Assembly (NCBI RefSeq): GCF_031769215.1
Contig: NW_026782015.1
Span: 1,116,001 to 1,180,000, forward strand
Reading direction: 5' to 3'
Length of the DNA: 64,000 nt
Origin: Ylistrum balloti
Taxonomy: Eukaryota
Part shown: positions 14,501-27,541 of the stretch, piece after piece
How positions within the stretch are numbered: position 1 is the stretch's first letter
Layout: each line of letters opens with the position of its first letter
Program-made: the position numbers and the translations under genes
The notes under the pieces: generated by a model
The model's input: only the letters and a program-made list of their open reading frames with translations
What the model was told of the DNA's origin: nothing
The model's database searches: none

Positions 14501-17500
14501 TGTGATTGATTCTCTTTGGTTTTCCTGGTCATTCTTTTGTCCATCTCCATTGGCTATTTTAGTTGTTTCCTCAGAACCAGCATTCAGTAATGTTGGAGAG
14601 GGTGAATCTTGGACATCCTTATCCATAGACCTGATCAACATCAAATGATACCTCTCAGATTTAATAGGATAACATGATGTTATAAAAATATCATTACTGT
14701 GTCAAACAGATGCAAGACTTGGGGTTAGACTTTGGGGACAAAGAGGTGTTAGCTTTGTTTGTGATGTTAAGACCACACGGACAAATAGGTGTTAGCTGTC
14801 TGTGGTGTTAAGATCCTGAGGACAGAGAGGTGATAGCTTTGTCTGTGGTGTTAAGATTTTGAGGACAGAGAGGTGATAGCTTTGTCTGTGGTGTTAAGTC
14901 TCCAGGTACAGAGAGGTGATAGCTTTGTCTGTGGTGTTATGATTCTGAGGACAGAGAGGTGATAGCTTTGTCTGTGGTGTTAAGATCCTGAGGACAGAGA
15001 GGTGATAGCTTTGTCTGTGGTGTTAAGTCTCCAGGGACAGACAGGTGACAGCTTTGTCTGTGGATGGTGAGTTTTATCTGCAGTGTTAGACTTTAGGGAC
15101 GGTGAGTTTTGTCTGTAGTGTTAGACTTTAGGGAGGGTGAGTTTTGTCTGTAGTGTTAGACTTTAGGGATGGTGAGTTTTGTCTGTAGTGTTAGACTTTA
15201 GGGATGGTGAGTTTTGTCTGTAGTGTTAGACTTTAGGGATGGTGAGTTTTGTCTGTAGTGTTAGACTTTAGGGATGGTGAGTTTTGTCTGTAGTGTTAGA
15301 CTTTAGGGATGGTGAGTTTTGTCTGTAGTGTTAGACTTTAGGGATGGTGAGTTTTGTCTGTAGTGTTAGACTTTAGGGATGGTGAGTTTTGTCTGTAGTG
15401 TTAGACTTTAGGGATGGTGAGTTTTGTCTGTAGTGTTAGACTTTAGGGATGGTGAGTTTTGTCTGTAGTGTTAATTTTACCTTTGCTTGCTCTCCTCTTC
15501 ATTGTTTGCTGTCTCAGTAATGGACTTCTTTTCTTCTGACTCCTCCCCAGTTTTAACACTCTGCTGAGTAGAGCGTTCTTACATTAAAATACCTACATCT
15601 TAACTGACACAGAGTACTGGATATGTAAGACCCATTAAGTCATTTATATAGGTTTTACTTCTTAATACAAAGTAGGAGAATTAAATCGACCCTATTACCT
15701 TTTAAAAAAAATAAATTGGAAAAGCATGCGTCCTACAGCCATAACAGTAATGTCTTAATATTTATATCACACACATCCTACCAAACACTATTACTGTACC
15801 AGGACTTAATGTCATCTCAAACACATCCTACAGAATGAAGGTTATCATAATGTCTTAATGTCATATCACACACATCCCACAGGACAAATATAATTGTAAT
15901 GTGTTAACAATACATCACAAACATCAAACAAAACAAATACAAGAAACCCATACAAATAGCATTTTTATTCAAATTGTGTAGTTACTTATTTCCAATAAAA
16001 GATTAGGAATAATGAAGCTTCCATTTAAAATTTGACAAAATACCTTCCATCAAGCAGGAAAAAATGGTTTTAAAGAATTTCCGAATCACCCCTCATGAGA
16101 CCAACCCTTGGTCCCAAAGGCCTTATTACCTTGCAGGTTGATGATTTTTTTTTTCCAGGTAAACATTATGAAATTCACACAGGTATGAATGGTATATCAA
16201 TATTGTGTAATCTGTATAAATTAAAGCTAAATGAGATCTAGTATCTCATAACAGACTGGAAATACATATATATTTAGTTCCTCAGATAATCAAATGTTAT
16301 CGGATGGCTGCCCACAAAAGCTATAACCTGAACATCAGGGGATTCAATAATACAGAAGTAAGTCTCATTAAACAGAGAGGGGTTCATTATAAATAAGTTA
16401 TATTGTCTATGCAAATGAGACTTAGGCAATCAATGTGACAGCTTTTATATCCTATTCATCAAACATTACTCTAGTTTACCACCTGTCCAACAGAGCATGA
16501 CACCGTTAGTATAGGTCATACAAGTCACATTTATAGTGTAGACTTGTACCCTCATACATCATGTAGATACTCTTATATAGCACTATGACTTACACCCTAA
16601 CAAGCATACATATATCCCCTACCCACCTTCACAAGCTACAGCACTAATAATGATTTTCTAAAAATAGTAACAGTGACCCTGACCAACCAACCCTGAAGCT
16701 CAAACTTGTCTAAGATATTTTGGTGCTTTATCTGTGTGTAAAGATTTCTGAAGTTCATCCAGTAGGGGACTATTAAAGCCCTTTTAAAAATCTCCACCTT
16801 CATATATATTTCCCCTAAAGACATTAATTTTTTTTCACTACCACAAGTCTTACATTAAGGTTCCAATTCTAATTTACAACTTCACTACTATTATATATCT
16901 CAGAGACAAAGTGAAATAAACTCAGGGACTGATCTTAGATACAGGGCAATGTCTTTTATCATTTCTGCCGACCCATGTTTGATTGATTGAAATCAAATGT
17001 TACTCAACAAAGGCTTCCGCACCCATTTCATTCACTTCTATGTCTGTCATTAGATAGCGTCACCCACAGCAATACATAACACACTCCCTCTACCACCACA
17101 GTATAACCAAACCATAGCTATCAGGTAAAACACTATCCATACTGTCTTCTATTATCTGTGTACACAACTGTCACTTATCGTCTGTTATTGATGTGTCACT
17201 TACTTCTGCACCCTTGATTGCCCCTGGCAACGAGTCAGACTGTAATCCCCCAGGATCCACAGGAATCTGTAATGAGCATTTCCTCAATGTTTATAAGGAA
17301 GTAAATATCAGGCTTCAGTACTAAATTTAATGCAGCTGGCAAGGTTTATATTTATATTAGTACTCCATAAAGGATATCTTTGATGCCAACTGCATTCATT
17401 CTCCCATACATGCCAACAGAATAATATAAAAAGCACCTGCATTCATTTTATCTGTATTTTTTCTTTAAAAGGTGAATCATTTCCCATTCTTCCTCTGTTT

Positions 17501-20500
17501 TTTGCTTTTAATTACATAAAATATGAAAATTCCTTATGAGAAATTATGGTGAGAGCAATCTTTAAATGCCAAATCAAAGATGGACGCCTGTTAGCCATTT
17601 TGTTTTTCTGAGGAGTCTCCAAACAGGACAGCACAACTAGGGACAAAGGGGACATTCATAGGAAATTTGAGATAGATCTATCCAGTGCTTCACAAGAAAG
17701 AGTGATAATAATTTTCCATAGTAAAAAATACAAAGATGACTGTGTGTCAGCAATCTTGCTTTTCTCATTAGTCCTAACACCAAGGAGGCTCAACTGATGA
17801 CAATGAAGAACCTACCTATGAAATATGTGAAAAATCAATCAAGAAGGACAGATGGCAATGGCAATGATGATGGTGGGCTAAATACACAATATCTAATGAT
17901 GCCTGACTTCAGCACTATACTTGATAACAGATACATAAGCTTTATTTAAATGTAAGCTAAACCTGCTTATTCCAGATAATTTAATATTCTCGCAAACTTA
18001 CATTTGTATCATCCCCTTCAGCAGCCTCTGATTTAGTTTCTTTTGGGGTTGTTATTTCTGTATCCTCCCCTTCTGTAGCCTCTGAAGTGGTCTCTGTTGA
18101 GGTTGTTTCTTCTGTGATAACTGATCCAGTTTTTTCTGATAAAACTCCATGTCTAGAAAATATAAACACAGGAAAACCATCAATAACCTTCATCCTAACA
18201 AAAATAGCTGAGAAATGTGCTAATGTCCGCAGGACAAGGAACCATCTCATTTTGTATAGTAAACATCTTCGACCCGCTACCAGAACAGAATGAAACAGAC
18301 CCCAGTTAGACATTGACCTGTACAGGTATATAAGGATTAACAAAAATCTGACCATTTGTCTTTTGTATTTCTCAAATTGTTCATCTTTTCTCTATTTTCT
18401 CTTCATTGTCTAAATTATTTATTGCTTTGAATGGTGAATGTATCATAGAGTAACCATGGAAACCTATGTCTGCAAAACTTGGAAAATATCCTTCCATTAG
18501 CTATGACAACCAAGAAAAAGCAACATAAACATAACAAATTTGAAAATTATGTTCAAAGCATATCTTGTTATATGATATCATCTTAAAGTTTTGAAAATTA
18601 AGCATACCTTGAAATAGAAAATAGTCTTCAAGTTTTGAATAAGGACAAACAACTGCTTTCAATTTTCAATATCTCTGAGAAAAATTCTCTTTTTTTTCAG
18701 TGAAAAAATTATAAACTTTAACAGTCTATATCCAATATGGCCACCGTTTGGCCATTTTGTTTTTCTGTTTAATCTCAAAAATAAACAAACAAAATTCGGG
18801 ACCAAAGGAATCCTGCAATATTATAATTTAAACAATTGAAATTTGAAGAAGTCATCATTCATCTAGAGTTTACAAAGAAATGATGGTACATGTAACAAGA
18901 AATTTAAACATGAATGGTGGTCTCAACAGCTCACAATCTTATGATTGAGGCTAACAGGCAGGTGATCAAGCCATGAAAGACCCTGAATAGACTAATAAGA
19001 AGGAAGAGTAGGGTCAACAACTAATTTTTAAAAACTTCCCATAAAATTGTTTAAAGGAATTAATCCTTTTATCATTGTATCACAGATGTCAGCTAAAAAC
19101 TAATGTCACATGGAGATTAAGTCTATGAATTATAGACTAAAATGGAGATAAAATGTAATAATTTGAAGATTATGACACATGGGTCAATGTACCCAGTGCA
19201 GTATGTGAAGTTTAATGTCAACTTAACACACATACAGTGTACAAGGTCCACAATCATCAGTATCTGACCCAGCCTATCTCACCTGTAGTTGATACATCAC
19301 AGCATTTGTTAGCCCTAAATTCAAATCTGTTAGCTAAAGATCACTTTGTATATACACTGCAGGTGTCACCATCTCATGTATATCAATACATATACTTAAC
19401 GCCAGGTTTTTCACCCACAAACCTGCCCATATAATGTTATTGCTGGCCTTATGGAAAGACTTAAAAACATTCATTTATGGATGTCATGATTTGTTGGTAA
19501 ATTTGTTTTTTTATCTGGCTTGCTGTCAACATTAAATATATTTAATCAATACAAATAAGTCTGATGGGTTCAAAATTTCAAAACGTAGCCGACTGAAACC
19601 TAGAGTGAACAGATCAGAGAAATTGAAAATCGACTGATCCATTTATATAAAATATTGTCAAACTTTTCTTTTGTTTTACATAAATGAGAATGCATGTTGC
19701 ACCAGCAAGAACAAGATTCCTTATAATGTCTAGTTTCTCTAAATAAAGTCCTGGTATCTTGTAACTTTTTCTCTATCCAGATTAAGTTTTATCCTATAGA
19801 TAACTGTCCCCAGTCTAGTCTGCATGAAATCTGATTTATTTCTGGCATCATTTATCACTGAGCTCCAGGCAGACATGCAATAAATGTATTGTACTGGCAT
19901 TGCTCCAAGTAACTAGACAACAATTTGGCTGATTAAAATTTGTTTCTGTACATGAAATGTGGTATTAGCCAATCTGAAAATGTACATTCTTACTCGGCAT
20001 ATTAAATCCCTGCAGCACATGCTTGCATGTTTCCCCAACTTGGCAGCTGAGACACTGCACACTCCAGTTCTACCTGAATTGCCTCTCAGAATTTGCCCAA
20101 TAAAAAAATGCAATCTTCCAAGAGTCATTGCTTACCACTGATACATGAACCAGTAAAATTTCTTCCTATACATTACTATTGCATCTCATTTCTACTACCC
20201 TCAGAATTGAATTTATTACACACAATTATCAGTCAACTGTCTTCCCACAACTATCACTGGCCTTCAAATTCCTCCCTCCAACTATCAGTGACCTTCCTCC
20301 CCACAACTATCAGTAAATTTTCCCCCTACAACTATACGTAAACTTCCTCCAAACAACCATCAGTAGCTATAATTATCGGTAAACTTCTTTCCTACAACTA
20401 TTAGTAAACTTCCTCCACACAACTGTCACTTAACTTCCTCTCCACAACTATCAGTGAACTTTCTCCCCATAACCATCACAGTAAAATTCCTCCACATGAC

Positions 20501-23500
20501 TATCAGTTACTTTCCTCCCTAAAATTCCACAAACTTTTTCACTTGTCATTTATTATTGCTTCCCTCATATTTCCTATCTTTAAGATCACATATTAAATTT
20601 ATGAAAGCTGATCATAAATCCTGTCCTGTAAAATCTATTTTTTCAGACATAAACTTATCACTGCCAGTGACATAGCTTAGACATGAACCTGAAGTTATGA
20701 TTATTCCAGATGTAGTCTATCCTCCATACTACATGGGTTACAATCACTTTCATTCTCTGCATCCCTGGAACATTTTCTGGCAAAATTGAAGGCACAAGCA
20801 AAGTAATTTGATTGGTCTAAATGCAGCAGGTTTAAGGAGAATAAACCTGACCTGAGTCACAGGCTGAAATGGTCCTTTGAGATTACAATCACTGGCACCC
20901 AACTTCAAAGTTGATACAATATACAATTATGTGACATCAAGATTTGTTTGATGTACATATCAAAGGATCAAAATAGCCTTCTCGTTTTATCTACAAGGTG
21001 TCACACATGGACCTTCAATTTTGCACTGAAATGTTCTACAGATACAGAGAGCAATAGTTAGTGTAATCCCTGGAGTATCAAAGATGTAGCTAGCCTTAAT
21101 TTGAAGGCTAAAAACTAAAAAGATTCACTTGTTGAAATGCTACTCATGTCTACATTGTCGACAGACAAAAATAATGTACCAAAGTACCTTTAATGTATCA
21201 ACAGACATGATACTGCTGAAGTGTTCACCTAACACACTTTGACGTGTGTTCTGGCACGATCGGTATAAATTAGGTATGATATTCTGATAGAGGGACACAT
21301 ATATTAAAATATCATATACACATACAGATATATATATATCATTATTTTTAAAATCTCACACACAGACGATACTGTTTCTGTTGAGGTTCATGATAAACAC
21401 CAGACCTTAAAGAAATCTCTTCTCAACAAACAAACATTACAGTTCAATTGTATGGTTAGGTGCCTGGTACTTTGAACTTTAAAAATGTATACACATATAA
21501 ATACACACATACAGTTTATCCAGAACACTAGGTTAAACTGTTTTATCTTGTTTTATAGGCTAAACTGTATATCTAATCAAAGATAAACTGAATTTGAAAC
21601 TTAAAATTTAATGTCAATAACCAGTAGACATTAATGTCAACTCTAGCTAACACAGACTCAAACTTGGTCGACTCTGCCCCTAGCTACCTGAGAACAATCC
21701 TAACCTCTAGACAAAATCTTGTAAATAAACAGATTTTAAACAAGGGAAAGTCAGCATTCCAACCAACAAAACAGGCTGACATTATCAATACTGTCTTCAA
21801 AACATTGGCATGTTACCAATCTGTCAGAAAGCATAGTCTGCAGTATAATAACTGAGCATTCCAATTCCCCCTGGCTACCACTGCAACACAAGGAAAACAA
21901 AACCAGGAGTTGAACAAAAATTCAAATTGGAAACACAGTGCAAAAGATCACAGCACAGGGAGGGAGCCATACAAAATTCAACACAGGGTAAGCATTTACA
22001 GTAGGTCATACAAAAATCAACACGGAAAAAAGCTGAGCCAACAAAAACTCAACACAAGAAAAACAGCAGAGGGAGTCATACAAAACACAACACTAGGAGG
22101 GAGTGATACAAAACTCAACACAGAGAAAACAGTGGAGTCATCACAAAAATCAACACAAGAAAAACAGCACAGGGAGTCATACAAAACACAACACTAGGAG
22201 GGAGTGATACAAACTCAACACAGAGAAAACAAAACCAGGAGTTGAACAAAACTCAACACCAGCAAAAACAGCAGAGGGAGTCATACTAAACACAACACTG
22301 GGAGGGAGTGATACAAAACTCAACACAGAGAAAACAGTGGAGTCATCACAAAACTCAACACAAGAAAAACAGCACAGGGAGTCATACAAAACACAACACT
22401 GGGAGGGAGTGATACAAAACTCAACACAGAGAAAACAGTGGAGTCATCACAAAACTCAACACCAGAAAAACAGCACAGGGAGTCATACAAAACACAACAC
22501 TAGGAGGGAGTGATACAAAACTCAACACAGAGAAAACAGTGGAGTCATCACAAAACTCAACACAAGAAAAACAGCAGAGGGAGTCATACTAAACACAACA
22601 CTGGGGGGGAGTGATACAAAACTCAACACAGAGAAAACAGTGGAGTCATCACAAAACTCAACACAAGAAAAACAGCACAGGGAGTCATACAAAACACAAC
22701 ACTGGGAGGGAGTGATACAAAACTCAACACAGAGAAAACAAAACCAGGAGTTGAACAAAACTCAACACCAGAAAAACAGCACAGGGAGTCATACTAAACA
22801 CAACACTAGGAGGGAGTGATACAAAACTCAACACAGAGAAAACAGTGGAGTCATAACAAAACTCAACACAAGAAAAACAACACAGGGAGTCATACTAAAC
22901 ACAACACTGGGAGGGAGTGATACAAAACTCAACACAGAGAAAACAGTGGAGTCATCACAAAACTCAACACAACACAAGTCATACAAAACACAACACAGTG
23001 ATACAAAACTCAACACAGAGAAAACAAAAACACAACACTCAACACCAGAAAAACAGCACAGGGAGTCATACAAAACACAACACTACAAAACTCAACACAG
23101 AGAAAACAGTCATCACAAAACTCAACACCAGAAAAACAGCACAGGGAGTCATACTAAACACAACACACAAAACTCAACACAGAGAAAACAGTGGAGTCAT
23201 CACAAAACTCAACACAAGAAAAACAACACAGTGTGTCATACTAAACACAACACTGGGAGGGAGTGATACAAAACTCAACACAGAGAAAACAGTGGAGTCA
23301 TCACAAAACTCAACACCAGAAAAACAGCACAGGGAGTCATACAAAACACAACACTAGGAGGAAGTGATACAAAACTCAACACAGAGAAAACAAAACCAGG
23401 AGTTGAACAAAACTCAACACCAGAAAAACAGCACAGGGAGTCATACAAAACACAACACTAGGAGGGAGTGATACAAAACTCAACACAGAGAAAACAGTGG

Positions 23501-25956
23501 AGTCATCACAAAACTCAACACAAGAAAAACAGCAGAGGGAGTCATACTAAACACAACACTAGGAGGGAGTGATACAAAACTCAACACAGAGAAAACAGTG
23601 GAGTCATCACAAAACTCAACACAAGAAAAACAGCAGAGGGAGTCATACAAAACACAACACTAGGAGGAAGTGATACAAAACTCAACACAGAGAAAACAAA
23701 ACCAGGAGTTGAACAAAACTCAACACCAGCAAAAACAGCAGAGGGAGTCATACTAAACACAACACTGGGAGGGAGTGATACAAAACTCAACACAGAGAAA
23801 ACAGTGGAGTCATCACAAAACTCAACACAAGAAAAACAGCACAGGGAGTCATACAAAACACAACACTGGGAGGGAGTGATACAAAACTCAACACAGAGAA
23901 AACAGTGGAGTCATCACAAAACTCAACAACAGAAAAACAGCACAGGGAGTCATACAAAACACAACACTGGGAGGGAGTGATACAAAACTCAACACAGAGA
24001 AAACAGTGGAGTCATCACAAAACTCAACACCAGAAAAACAGCAGAGGGAGTCATACAAAACACAACACTAGGAGGGAGTGATACAAAAATCAACACAGGG
24101 AAAACAGCTGAGCCAACAAAATCTCAACACAAGAAAAACAGCACAGGGAGTCATACTAAACACAACACTGGGAGGGAGCCATACAAAACTCAACACAAGG
24201 AATACCATTGAGTCATAACAAAACTCAACAAAACAGTATAAGATGTCATACAAAACTCAACACAGAGAAAGCAGTGGAGTCATAACAAAACTCAACACAA
24301 GAAAAATAGCACAGGGAGTAATACTAAACACAACACTGGGAGGGAGCCATACAAAACTCAACACAAGGAAATCTGTTGAGTCATAACAAAACTCAACAAA
24401 ACAGCAAAACAGTATAAGGTGTCATACAAAACTCAATACAGGAAAGTATTCACAGGTAGCCATACAAAACTCAACACAAGGAAAGCTGTATAGGAGGACA
24501 TGCAAAACAAAACACTGGGAAAACATAGAGGGGATTGCGCAAAGGTCAACACAGGAACAGCATTACAGGGAGTCAAACAAAATAAAATACAGGGAGGGAG
24601 CCATACACAAGTCAACACAGGGAAAGTATGTACAGAGAGTCATACAAAACTCAACACAAGGGAAACAGTACATGGAGACATGCAAAGCTAAACGATGGGA
24701 AAGTATGTACAAGGAGTCGTACAAAACTTTAAAAAGGGAAAACAGCACAGGGAGGCAAAAAAAATTAACACAAGGAAAGTATTAACAGAGATTCATACAG
24801 AAGTGAACACATGCAAAACAGTACAGGGTAGTCCTACAAAAGTTAACAGAGTGAAAGAAATACTGCAAGAAGGCATAGCTACATAGGTTTAAAAAATGTT
24901 TATTGCTGCTGAAGTTACTACTGATTGGGTGGGGATGTAGGCAGTGTACACTAAATAACATGCATCAGGCCTGCCCTTTAGGTCATAGGTTTGAGCTGAT
25001 TGTTTCACTCACTGGGCTCTGAATGGACATGCACTAGGCATTTTGTATCAAAATTACCCTTGCAGTTTCCAGGACGATACACCGAACAAAAACTTAAAAA
25101 CTTTCATGGAAACACTTAATTTGTGAGTTTCCTGTTAAACACCTCCCATGACATGTCTTCGCCATCAATTGAAAATGATCACTTAAGAAATGTATATCAT
25201 TTATAAAATGTTCATTATTGTGTACAGCAACATGAAAGCCATAACCCCTTGGGATTCCCGGTAATAATTTTATGACTACAATCAAATCTCTTATAAATGC
25301 AGGGTGCTGTTACTAAATCAGGGTACCTTTGTAATGTGGTTAATGATTCAGAAAATATGCACTTTGTGTTACTTTGTGGATGTAAAATTTCATACTTTGC
25401 AATGACCCAGGTTTAAATCCTGGTCATGGCACCAAATCAGTAAATTTACAGGTTACTTCTTCGTCTGTTTAGCTTTGTAGTAGACATTCTCCTTATACAG
25501 TGTGAATGTGAGAGAGTTGTCCATCTGAATGTGTTTCATCATATTCAAACTTCAAAATACGGTATTAAAATCCCAGCACAATAAAACCATTGTTTAATAC
25601 ATGGTTTCATATATAGAGAAGTAATCGTTAATGTGTTAGATATATATGTAAGCCAATCATGGTTATATAAATATGTCATATATCTTATCTTGAATTGCTA
25701 AAACAATCTAAGGAAAATGGAGGGGAGTCCTAAAAAGATTTGAGAGCCAAGTCAGTAAAACCACTGGCCAATGAATGAACTGTCCCCTTCTGACCTCATT
25801 TCAACTGAACCGATCGGTGTCAGTGTCATGCTGACTCTCGTAGTAGTGACTGTATCAGGCGACCGACGTCCAAAAAAAACAAAAAGAAATTTCTACTTAC
25901 ATCATTAGTCCAACGATAACGACTGATACGATCCATTCAAAATGTTTCCCTTTCAT
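2516..25956 (-). CDS. SUCO: SUN domain-containing ossification factor, 23 coding exons, ~1448 aa. Exons: 25901-25956, 19283-19314, 18002-18135, 17204-17266, 15481-15563, 14472-14630, 14199-14337, 13423-13546, 12533-12719, 12210-12317, 11860-12027, 11616-11692, 10556-10627, 10250-10321, 9964-10060, 8590-8690, 7551-8470, 6325-6722, 5939-6050, 4640-4744, 3969-4227, 3768-3835, 2516-3328
   Basis: N-terminal signal-like MKGKHFEWIVSVVIVGLM. SUN domain VNVASRECGAKIISSNPE..YMINPC..WFVIELCEP..FELFSS..YPTKDW..DHFGEEHFCPLTIFR. SUCO motifs KNLFASAT and REIALMRLANRINALEMNVTLSIRFLERMSQ, then a coiled coil, a TM segment (VEVIILVIIFMVCL) and KRKKRKKK. All introns are GT-AG and phases chain into one open frame; small phase-neutral exons could have been missed. 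Confidence 0.93.
4370..4655. repeat. ~45-bp tandem repeat containing the SUCO exon-20 donor junction
   Basis: TGATCT(G/A)ACCTTCTGGTTCAAGG..ATATGACAC about 6-7 copies. Confidence 0.85.
4920..5930. repeat. ~58-bp minisatellite
   Basis: CAGGGTTAATCCACCTACTACCTGTGGTGGTAGTCAGTCATCCTCTCC.. about 17 copies. Confidence 0.95.
9640..9790. repeat. Dispersed non-autonomous repeat (AAGATGGCC..GCCATTTTGTTT family); related copies at ~17565-17720 and ~18730-18860
   Basis: Three similar segments within the window share the motif order; class (MITE or Helitron-derived) not determined. Confidence 0.45.
10880..11510. repeat. 27-bp minisatellite
   Basis: CAGCATACCTTTACCACTAACTTACCA-type units. Confidence 0.95.
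13560..14050. repeat. 35-bp degenerate minisatellite
   Basis: ATCATCTGACAACAGCCTCATTGTCAGCCAATATT-type units. Confidence 0.85.
14720..15478. repeat. Adjacent 43-bp and 35-bp minisatellites
   Basis: GAGGACAGAGAGGTGATAGCTTTGTCTGTGGTGTTAAGATCCT then CTGTAGTGTTAGACTTTAGGGATGGTGAGTTTTGT. Confidence 0.95.
20230..20520. repeat. ~26-bp degenerate minisatellite
   Basis: TCAGTAAACTTCCTCCACACAACTA-like units. Confidence 0.75.
20715..21090 (+). repeat. Dispersed element copy 1 with ~75-bp inverted arms
   Basis: Arms 20718-20792 and 21012-21086; homologous to the reverse complement of 54597-54949. Confidence 0.7.
21900..24890. repeat. ~3-kb satellite with 101-bp higher-order unit (35+38+28 bp subunits)
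   Basis: Subunits all start AAAAC(T/A)CAACAC; regular A-B-C order, decaying at both ends. Confidence 0.95.
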
Positions 25957-26689
25957 TGTTAAGTGTCCTGGAAGTGTTCACTCCTTAAACATCGACAAAA
26001 CATCATCGCTGACCGACTTTTCGCTCGTAACTGGAGATACACCGATCACTTCAAAATGCAACTTCCGGCGACGTGTTACAATACATTGCGCATGTTCGTT
26101 GGGATAGCCGTCTGTTTTAAATTCGGTGACGGGAATTTCCCTGTAGAAATGTCAAAATGGACCACGTGGTTTTGTTTGCATACGTGTCTATCTGATGCTA
26201 GAAACTTCCACGGGAACCGTAACATGTGGCTCAGTCTCGTTTACATGGTTGAATAGATTTTAACTTCAGGCTAAAGTGCACCTGTTGCCATAAAACAGAT
26301 GTTAGGGACGTGGATCTATGGGACCGCTTCATGCTCTATAAAATATATTGAATTATCGAACTCCATCATATATACACTTGACATTTGTTGAGTGATTTGT
26401 ACAATTCAGTTTCAAAATGTGAAATCCATATAATGTACGTATAATGTACGTATATTATATGTCCCAGGTGCTATGTCCTTGCACACGTACATACCTATGG
26501 TTTCAATGTTTCAGTTTTTTCGCCATTCTCTTCTTACAAATCATTTCATGTCGCCAGCTAGCATTGTTAGAAACAGACTAGTCCGTTAATTGCCAAATAA
26601 ATATTAAATGCAATTATCGAGCGTGAAGTCTTGATTTATGCAAATCCTAACAATGACAGGCATAAATGTACCATGCGATACAGTGGTTA

Positions 26690-27481
26690 GAAACAGATAC
26701 AAACTGATGATCTAACTACATACACGGGGACATGTCAATTTGTAAAAGACCCCCACAAGGATCTGAAAACTTCCAACGGGTCCCATTGGTGAGAGCCAGA
26801 TATGTATCTAACTTCGTACACAGGGACCTCAGTGAGAAACTGAAAAATGGCCCAATGGTTAGAAATGGGTACTACGTACACACTAATTTGAAAACTTGCA
26901 ATATGTCCCACTGGTGAATGCGGGTACACATATTACTAAGTACATGGGAATATGAGAATTTGTAACGAGTCCCAGAGGTGAGAAACGTGTACATGTTTAA
27001 CTTTATTCAAAAAGATATTCTATGTTACTCTGAGATTGAAATTATAACTCACATTTGATGGGAATGCAAAGAGGTTCAAAATCTTCTTAGTAGCTTTGAA
27101 GTTCTGTTTGATGCACTTATCATCCCATTTAACTTTGATGAAGCATCCTACTTATTTGGTTTCTTAACACAAAATTTAAATAGTAAAATTGACAATGAAG
27201 TACTAATTGTTATTAAACAAGATATATATGAAATGCACTGTTTCCATAACTCCCTTAACATAAACGCCTTAGTAAACACAATTATGAAATACTATAATGT
27301 GCAAGGATTTATTGCAATTAGCAAGGAAGATAGCTTTAAGGAAAAGTTTTACAAATATTGGAAAAAATGGGGAAAACTTATTGCATTATAAAAATATTCT
27401 TTACTTGTTCCCCAGCTTTGATTAGTCGACTTCAGTTAACCCTATGTTTATCCTCATGTTATATTATTAGTTATCCATTCC

Positions 27482-27541
<60 letters not shown>

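Noticed and set aside
21910-24886. Multiple T/K/H-rich or V/F/C-rich ORFs
   Set aside because: Read-through of the higher-order satellite.
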